Source of the DNA: an uncultured Bacteriovoracaceae bacterium
GTDB taxonomy: Bacteria > Bdellovibrionota > Bacteriovoracia > Bacteriovoracales > Bacteriovoracaceae
Length of the DNA stretch: 64,000 nucleotides
Direction: 5' to 3'
NCBI GenBank assembly: GCA_964012805.1
Contig: CAXGUD010000001.1
Coordinates: 160,001 to 224,000, forward strand
Position 1 is the stretch's first letter. The number at the start of each line of letters is the position of its first letter. A program made the position numbers and the translations under genes. The notes below the pieces were generated by a model. That model made no database searches. It saw nothing but the letters and a program-made list of their open reading frames with translations, and was not told the origin of the DNA. Of the stretch, positions 57,629 to 64,000 are shown one piece after another.

Positions 57629-58213
57629 ATGAAATTAAAGAAAATTTTCCTGCTATTTTTACTCCTTACAGTATTTACATCGTGCGGCATGCAAAGTATC
57701 CCAACCGCACTTAACGAAGTGGACGCCCAATGGGCAGAGGTTCAAAACCAGTACAAAAGACGGTCTGACTTAATTCCTAACCTTGTCAATGTTGTCAAAG
57801 GTTATGCTTCACATGAAAAAGAAACATTAAGTGCTGTTATCAATGCAAGAGCGAAAGCAACCAAAATAAACCTACAAGTTGATCAACTTACACCAGAAAC
57901 GATGAAACAATTTCAAAAAGCCCAAGCCGGCTTGTCTAGTGCTTTGTCTAAACTAATGGTCGTGTCAGAAAGATACCCAAACCTTAAGGCCAATCAAAAC
58001 TTTAGAGACCTTCAAAACCAGCTTGAAGGAACAGAAAACAGAATAACTGTTTCAAGAAATCGCTACATTCAATCCATTAAAAACTTTAACAACCTCATAA
58101 CCGTACCTCCGACAAGCTGGTATAATGCCTTCTTCCTAAAGCACTCTAAGAAGCCCCAATTTGCTGTTCAAAATTTAGAAAAAGTACAAAATGCCCCTAA
58201 AGTGGAGTTCTAA
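57629..58213 (+). CDS. lemA: LemA family lipoprotein
   Basis: FTSCG; WAEVQNQYKRRSDLIPNLV, YPNLKANQNF, LEGTENRI. Confidence 0.95.
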   Translation: MKLKKIFLLFLLLTVFTSCGMQSIPTALNEVDAQWAEVQNQYKRRSDLIPNLVNVVKGYASHEKETLSAVINARAKATKINLQVDQLTPETMKQFQKAQAGLSSALSKLMVVSERYPNLKANQNFRDLQNQLEGTENRITVSRNRYIQSIKNFNNLITVPPTSWYNAFFLKHSKKPQFAVQNLEKVQNAPKVEF

Positions 58214-58962
58214 TGAAATACTTTAAAACAGCTTTTCTTCACGCTCTTATAATTTTCCTTCTAGGAATACGATTCATAAATGCTAAGGAAGTACCTCCAC
58301 TTACAGGGCCTGTGATTGATGAAGCTGGTATTTTATCGGCTTCAACAAAAGCGTCCTTTGAAAGTATCCTTAGAAGTTTCCACAAAAAAAACGGTCCTCA
58401 AATCCAACTCTACATAGCGAAGTCCCTTGAAGGTGAGACTATTGAAGGTCATAGCATCAAAGTGGTCGATGAATGGAAATTAGGAGATGAAAAAAAAGAC
58501 GATGGGGTTCTCTTTCTTATTGCCATGAAAGACAAAAAAATGAGGATTGAAGTGGGTCAAGGTCTCGAAGGAAGCTTAACTGACCTTAAAGCAGGTAGAA
58601 TTGTAGATCATCTTAAAGTCTATTTTAAAAAAGGGGAGTATGAAAAAGGCATATATATTGGTCTCAGCCTAATTGTAAAAGTTTTAGGAGGAGATATAAA
58701 AGAAATTCCAAAAGTACGAAGAAGCAGAGGGTACCGAAAAACCGGTGAAATGCAATCTTTAGGAGACTTCCTTCCCTTGGTATTTATAATTTTATTTATT
58801 ATTATTTCATCTTTTAGAAGAAACAGATTCTCATATTTTGGTAGTCATTACTCTGGAGGCTTTTCTGGCGGTGGTTTTTCCGGAGGAGGCTTTTCTAGTG
58901 GCGGAAGCTGGGGAGGTAGCGGTGGTGGATTTTCTGGTGGTGGCGCCAGTGGTGGATGGTAA
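58213..58962 (+). CDS. TPM domain protein (YgcG-like) with Gly-rich tail
   Basis: VIDEAGIL, DDGVLFLIA, RIEVGQGLEG, GGFSGGGASGGW. Confidence 0.92.
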   Translation: MKYFKTAFLHALIIFLLGIRFINAKEVPPLTGPVIDEAGILSASTKASFESILRSFHKKNGPQIQLYIAKSLEGETIEGHSIKVVDEWKLGDEKKDDGVLFLIAMKDKKMRIEVGQGLEGSLTDLKAGRIVDHLKVYFKKGEYEKGIYIGLSLIVKVLGGDIKEIPKVRRSRGYRKTGEMQSLGDFLPLVFIILFIIISSFRRNRFSYFGSHYSGGFSGGGFSGGGFSSGGSWGGSGGGFSGGGASGGW

Positions 58963-58992
58963 AAAAAATAGATATGAAAAAGAGGTTCATTA

Positions 58993-59616
58993 ATGAATTT
59001 TAGTAAAGAAGATCAAATTAAAGTAGAAGAAGCAATTAAAACGATTGAATTAACGACATCAGGTGAAATTGTACCGGCCATATTTCGCCAAAGTGACTTT
59101 TACCCTGCTTCTCACTTTAGACTTTCCCTCTTTGTTGGACTTTTAATTCCTTCTCTTTTGCTTTTCTTTACTGACATAGCTCAAACACCAACAGAAGTCT
59201 TGTGGTACCAGATACCTGGTATTGTTATAGGCTATTATTTAGCTTACATTCCGCAGCTCAAACGGTTTTTCTCGACCAAAGCAGAAAAATTGGAAGAAGT
59301 CCATCAAAGGGCCCTTCAGGCTTTTTTCGAAAATAATCTTCATACGACCAAAGAGCGCACAGGTATTCTTATAATGATTTCTGTACTAGAGCATAGAGTT
59401 GAAATATTGGCGGATAAGGGTATTAACGATAAAGTTCCAAAAGACACCTGGAACAAAATACTTGCTCCTCTTGTTTATAGTCTAAAAAATGACCGTTTGG
59501 GAGAAGGTCTTGTCCAAACAATCGTGGAGTGTGGAAAAGTTCTATCCATGCATTTTCCAATTCAAGAAGATGACAAAAATGAACTTTCAAATAAAATTGT
59601 TACAGATAATAATTAA
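58993..59616 (+). CDS. TPM domain membrane protein
   Basis: ELTTSGEI, TKERTGILI, ILADKGI, NELSN. Confidence 0.9.
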   Translation: MNFSKEDQIKVEEAIKTIELTTSGEIVPAIFRQSDFYPASHFRLSLFVGLLIPSLLLFFTDIAQTPTEVLWYQIPGIVIGYYLAYIPQLKRFFSTKAEKLEEVHQRALQAFFENNLHTTKERTGILIMISVLEHRVEILADKGINDKVPKDTWNKILAPLVYSLKNDRLGEGLVQTIVECGKVLSMHFPIQEDDKNELSNKIVTDNN

Positions 59617-59638
59617 ATTTTTTAAACTAGGTTATGTA

Positions 59639-60169
59639 ATGATGGTGGCTTCATTGAAAAAAGTTAATCGATTAATTTTTTTTTTCTTTTCACTTATGGC
59701 CTTTACTAACATCTATACCATAAGAGCTAACGCAAACATCGAAATAAAAGAAAATGAAATTTTTACTCTCGCGAAAATTGATAGAACGCCACAAAAAGAA
59801 GTACAGAAAATAAAAAAGACTGAGAAGTATCCATTAAGTTATAGTGAAGCGATCAACTTACTGGAATTTAAATTGCTTAATGATCAGTCTCCATCTTCAC
59901 TATTTCACTATACATACCTATCAGAAGAAAGCAAAAGCAGCCGTGAGCTAACCCAGGAACAAATTCTCAAAACGATGATCAAATATTTAAAGAAATCTAG
60001 AGTAAAACTAAGCCAAAGCGAACTTGATGGGCAAGCCTGGCCGAAGCTAAAATCAGAAAGTCACCTTCTTTTTATCCTTAGTTACAATATGGATGGTTTC
60101 ATAGCACTAGTTAAATTCATTATTGACCGAAAAAATGGAACAATTTCCCTAGAGGAAATTGCTGATTAG
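59639..60169 (+). CDS. Secreted hypothetical protein
   Basis: Signal-like segment ending ANA; start reassigned to 59639. Confidence 0.55.
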   Translation: MMVASLKKVNRLIFFFFSLMAFTNIYTIRANANIEIKENEIFTLAKIDRTPQKEVQKIKKTEKYPLSYSEAINLLEFKLLNDQSPSSLFHYTYLSEESKSSRELTQEQILKTMIKYLKKSRVKLSQSELDGQAWPKLKSESHLLFILSYNMDGFIALVKFIIDRKNGTISLEEIAD

Positions 60170-60915
60170 TTCAAATCGAATTTTTTTATTACTTGAGGTA
60201 ATTCACCCAAAGACTTAATTTCGATGTCAGCTCTAACTTCCTGTCTCTCCTCATTACCTTTTTGATTAAGCCAAACTGTCTTGAAGCCACTTCTTTGTCC
60301 GCCTAAAATATCATTATATATACGATCTCCAACATGAATGACCTCTTCTGATTTTAAATTTAAACCTCTAAGAGTATTCAAGAAAATGTCCTTATGTGGC
60401 TTAGAAACACCAACCTCATTAGAAAATGAAAAACACTCAAATAAATCCAACATTCCATTATCCTTTAAAATTGTACGGATTCCCTCTCCTGACGTATAAA
60501 TAGCATCTGATGTTATGGCCAACTTATATTGTTTGCTTAGCTCCTTCAAAATATTCAGGCAGCCATCGAAAGGATCGGGTTGTACTTCAACTTCCATATT
60601 TTCAAGTTTTGAAACAAGCTCTAAAAGAGACTCTCTACTAAGACTTACTTTTAGAGTTTCACAAATTTTTTCCACTCTCTCTTCAACAACTGGAGTTCTA
60701 TGGAAAGTCTTCCATTCATTTTCAAACCATTTTTTCTCATCATTAATTCCTCTTATTAAAAAAGATGATGAACCTCCTTTAAAAGAAAGATAACTATCCA
60801 ACAAATGAAAACGCTCTTCGGCCTTGGGTCGGAGGCCTAAACCTGCTCTTTTCTTTTCATCGGAATCATCAACAAAAAGAGTGTCCCAAAAATCAAAAGA
60901 GATACCTTTAATCAT
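60166..60915 (-). CDS. HAD-superfamily hydrolase
   Basis: FDFWDTL, ITSD, SKP, HVGDRIYNDILG. Confidence 0.9.
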   Translation of the reverse strand: MIKGISFDFWDTLFVDDSDEKKRAGLGLRPKAEERFHLLDSYLSFKGGSSSFLIRGINDEKKWFENEWKTFHRTPVVEERVEKICETLKVSLSRESLLELVSKLENMEVEVQPDPFDGCLNILKELSKQYKLAITSDAIYTSGEGIRTILKDNGMLDLFECFSFSNEVGVSKPHKDIFLNTLRGLNLKSEEVIHVGDRIYNDILGGQRSGFKTVWLNQKGNEERQEVRADIEIKSLGELPQVIKKFDLN

Positions 60916-61209
60916 AAACAACTCTCCATTAAGTATTCATAAGCTGTTTTTAAGTATTCAATAAAATCTATTTGGTTGTTTACTACATATTAGCACGATT
61001 GAAAAAAAGAACCTAAATTTAAGGTGTCTATATTATTATAAGGAATTGAAATTAAATAAAACCTTCTTATTCATAAAATTTATTTACTCCATTAAAATGA
61101 CAATTTTTTACCTAATGTTAAAAAGCGATCAAAAAAACCTTTTCATCCAATAATCTTTTGCTATATTGCACCAGATTTTTTAAACGCACAGATCTTGGAA
61201 AACTAAATT

Positions 61210-61776
61210 ATGAAGCTATTTACGTTAACTATATTAATGATGTCATTTCTTACCTGCCTCTCAGCACCTGTAAATGCCAAAGTACGCTCTAAGTACAAAC
61301 CAAGCAGAGTAAAACATCCTATTTACCACTTTATTCTAACTTTAAGGCCGAAAATGAATAGAAGATTGGCCATGAAGTACTCAAATAGTTTTTATAGATA
61401 TAGCAGAAAATATGAATTAGACCCATACTTACTTGTATCAATAGCGATGCAGGAAAGTGGTATTAGCCCTAGTAAGATTAGAGTCGTAAAAGGTTATGTT
61501 GCTGTTGATGGCAAGTATGTTCCTATGGAAATAGAGACTGACTTTTGCATGATGCAAATCCACTACAGAAATGTTGAAATTATGAACCTTGATTTAAAAA
61601 AGCTCCAAACAGACTACGACTACTGTATTTCTATAGGGGCCAAGATTTTGGCATCCTTTAAAAGGCTTGAAAAAGATGGCCAGGAACATTGGTGGTCTAG
61701 GTATAATGCAAGAAGCCCTTATAAAAGAAGAATTTACGAAAGCCTTGTAAACCGTTATTATGATCTACGCCCATAG
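61210..61776 (+). CDS. Lytic transglycosylase (SLT domain), secreted
   Basis: DPYLLVSIAMQESG (catalytic Glu), MMQI, GAKIL, RYN. Confidence 0.75.
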   Translation: MKLFTLTILMMSFLTCLSAPVNAKVRSKYKPSRVKHPIYHFILTLRPKMNRRLAMKYSNSFYRYSRKYELDPYLLVSIAMQESGISPSKIRVVKGYVAVDGKYVPMEIETDFCMMQIHYRNVEIMNLDLKKLQTDYDYCISIGAKILASFKRLEKDGQEHWWSRYNARSPYKRRIYESLVNRYYDLRP

Positions 61777-61891
61777 GTGAGATTTATTAGGTTATTATTT
61801 ATATAATAAACTTCTAAGAAGTAGGCCAAGAACAAAACTGTTCAAACCATTCTCTAGCTTTCTCATAACCCATTTCAAAGGATTTATTGAG

Positions 61892-62254
61892 ATGAAAAAG
61901 CAATTAGATCTTGAAGCTATTTTTAAATATCAAAGGAAATTTGCATCAGACCGAGAATGGGAACAATTTCATACACCAAAAAACCTAGCTATGGCGCTTT
62001 CGGTAGAAGCAAGCGAGCTTCTTGAAATCTTTCAATGGCTCACACCAGAGCAGTCTAAAAATATCGAAAAAAACACTGATTTAATGAAGTCTGTTAAAGA
62101 CGAAGTTTCAGATACTCTTTATTACCTTTTGCGAATGACTGATCTTTTGAATATAGACCTTGAAAAGGCGCTATCAAATAAAATGGCCGAAAACGAAAAA
62201 AAATATCCGGTTGAAAAATCAAAAGGTATCGCTAAAAAGTATAATCAACTTTAA
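61892..62254 (+). CDS. MazG-like nucleotide pyrophosphohydrolase (dCTPase-like)
   Basis: REWEQFHTPKNLAMALSVEASELLEIFQW, EVSD, NEKKYP. Confidence 0.92.
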   Translation: MKKQLDLEAIFKYQRKFASDREWEQFHTPKNLAMALSVEASELLEIFQWLTPEQSKNIEKNTDLMKSVKDEVSDTLYYLLRMTDLLNIDLEKALSNKMAENEKKYPVEKSKGIAKKYNQL

Positions 62255-62592
62255 AAGCCTTTTCCATAAGTCAAAATTAACTCATCTTTATCTAGAGTTA
62301 AACGAAAGTCCTTGTAATTTACTTTTACCTCTTTGGTAATTAGCATGACAGCCGCCCCTGATAACTTTTTGGCCATATCATGCGATAAAACATTTCCAAC
62401 TGCATTTTTAACCTTGTTTTCAAATTTACTTTTAAACCTCTTTTGCATATTTTTGACTTCACTCACTGTTCTTAAGGCTTTAAGCCCTGTCTTTAATGGT
62501 GAGAATTCTTTTTTTTCTAATTTAGAATGTGCCGGAAAAACTATGATTAAAAGTGAAATAGATGTTAATAGCATAATGGCAAGACGGATCAC
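62251..62592 (-). CDS. Secreted hypothetical protein
   Basis: Signal peptide ending AHS; 113 aa. Confidence 0.55.
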   Translation of the reverse strand: MIRLAIMLLTSISLLIIVFPAHSKLEKKEFSPLKTGLKALRTVSEVKNMQKRFKSKFENKVKNAVGNVLSHDMAKKLSGAAVMLITKEVKVNYKDFRLTLDKDELILTYGKGF

Positions 62593-62732
62593 TAAACCTT
62601 CCTTAGATTAAAAGTCACCAACAAAAGACTAATTTTCATCGGGTTATTGCCAACTTTTTTTTACTAATATCCACCATAATCTCATAATTTTTATTTTAAG
62701 CTAAGGCGTTAAATTTTTCTTAGAAAGAAGAA

Positions 62733-62764
62733 AGGGCACTTTTTAAAAAAAGTAAAAATGCCCT
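62733..62764. terminator. Hairpin downstream of the 62785-63045 gene
   Basis: agggcactttt / aaaaatgccct, one mismatch. Confidence 0.45.
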
Positions 62765-62784
62765 ATAAAGTACTAAATTTTTAT

Positions 62785-63045
62785 CTACTTTTTTTCTGAG
62801 TAATTTTCTCTAAATTCATTGAAATATTTAAAGTCACTTAAAATAAGAGGTAACCCTTTTTCATCTTTAACAATCATTCCATACTCTGTAACTCCTTCTT
62901 CATATTCTTGGAGAATCAAGAAGTCTGTATTTATGTCATCCATTGGCAACTCATCCTTAGTATCACTTCTCTTTTCTCTTACATAAGATTTTTCCCAGGG
63001 GACAATAATAATTTTGTCCACTTCATTTTTTTTTTCTCCTCTCAT
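62785..63045 (-). CDS. Small hypothetical protein
   Basis: GGAGG RBS before ATG 63045; 86 aa. Confidence 0.5.
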   Translation of the reverse strand: MRGEKKNEVDKIIIVPWEKSYVREKRSDTKDELPMDDINTDFLILQEYEEGVTEYGMIVKDEKGLPLILSDFKYFNEFRENYSEKK

Positions 63046-63178
63046 ATTTTTAAACCTCCAAAAATTTATATACAGACTATTATAATTCCTTAAAAAAAAT
63101 AAATGATACCTTTTATTTGATAACATTAATATTTTTTATAAAATATAAAAACTATTTGCTCAACTATAACTGCTAATT

Positions 63179-64000
63179 TTAGATTTTTTTAAAAGCAAGA
63201 TTCTTATACCTAATCATTTTACTTTTTTGAGTCCACTCAGCCACCTGAGTTAAAAGATAACCCATCTTACTTTTTGAAAAAACTTTTTTAACAATTGGGT
63301 AAGTTGGTAAAGTGCTTTCATTAATATCTTCAATTTCTTCAATTTCAAAATAATTTTCTTTGGCAAATGACTCATAAGCTTCACAGGTGCACAATTGTAT
63401 ATTTCCATAAAAGGGAATACCTGATTTTTTTAGAGACATATTAAATAAGTTTGGAAAATCAAAAGAAAGAACAAAATCTGATAAAACCAATTGCCCTCCA
63501 CCTTTTAAAACTCTGTAGGCTTCACTAAAAAAATGGTTTCGGTCTGGGAAGTGAAAAATACATTCCACTGCCAAAACAATATCAAAAGAATTGTCATTAA
63601 AAGGCAATTTGCAAGCATCCCCTTGAATAAAAGAGATGTCATTACCGTTTTTTTGAAATACCTTTTGTTTGGCCCGATCAATCTGTCTTTGATCAATATT
63701 AACGCCAACAATTTTAAGATCATGAAACTCCTCATTTATAAGAGAAATCGTTCCACCAAAACCGCACCCTACTTCCAGAACTGCTTGTCCATCAACAATA
63801 TTTGCTAATGCCAAAAGTTTTTTAGAGAGGGCCTTAGAAGCATTTTGAAAATCTTCTATCGATCCATTAGCTGAATTAGGATTTTCCCAATAACCCCAGT
63901 GAATATGTTCACCAAATACCTGTTCCATTTCCTTATTTTGTTTTTCAATCTCTGACAAAATAAGATCAAAATAGGGAAGGTTAAACCTTTTAATATTTGC
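63179..64000 (-). CDS. Class I SAM-dependent methyltransferase (small-molecule/lipid MTase-like), 5' truncated by window edge
   Basis: Frame open to 64000 (…NLPYFDLIL); HIHWGYW, VLEVGCGFG, GDACKLPF, AVECIFHF. Confidence 0.88.
   Translation of the reverse strand, partial: ANIKRFNLPYFDLILSEIEKQNKEMEQVFGEHIHWGYWENPNSANGSIEDFQNASKALSKKLLALANIVDGQAVLEVGCGFGGTISLINEEFHDLKIVGVNIDQRQIDRAKQKVFQKNGNDISFIQGDACKLPFNDNSFDIVLAVECIFHFPDRNHFFSEAYRVLKGGGQLVLSDFVLSFDFPNLFNMSLKKSGIPFYGNIQLCTCEAYESFAKENYFEIEEIEDINESTLPTYPIVKKVFSKSKMGYLLTQVAEWTQKSKMIRYKNLAFKKI

Noticed and set aside
58855..58959. GC-rich low-complexity stretch as foreign DNA or a structured RNA
   Set aside because: Encodes the standard GGFSGGG tail of TPM/YgcG proteins
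61892..62254. MazG-like gene as part of an anti-phage or toxin-antitoxin system
   Set aside because: Typical housecleaning dCTPase-like sequence with no defence-associated neighbours recognised

Overview
AT-rich bacterial chromosomal segment with about 65 CDSs. I saw no rRNA, tRNA, CRISPR array, integrase or transposase. The gene content (giant prepilin-like proteins, many secreted Cys-rich orphans, several CheX and single-domain receivers, secreted proteases, a transglutaminase-elicitor-like protein) suggests a predatory Bdellovibrionota, probably Bacteriovoracia-like; this is inference. Housekeeping genes are prfC (partial), an rlmK-like methyltransferase, rlmN, acs, rapA, djlA and lemA-TPM-TPM. 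The most striking element is a trio of collinear, paralogous giant type IV pilin-like genes (6953-12586). Two carry Glu+5 and one has a PilX/GspK-like N-terminus without it. All three share a beta-rich shaft, a phage-fibre-like ATRxW motif and a helical segment, then end in unrelated Cys-rich tips, making them a candidate heterotrimeric pilus-tip fibre adhesin. Other candidate systems are an adjacent UbiA/GT-C-like membrane cluster, a His/Met/Cys-rich putative copper-handling cluster, an MMPL/MlaC/TolC lipid-transport locus with no adaptor gene, and a RoxA-like diheme enzyme. All family calls come from motif recognition by eye; no database searches were run.
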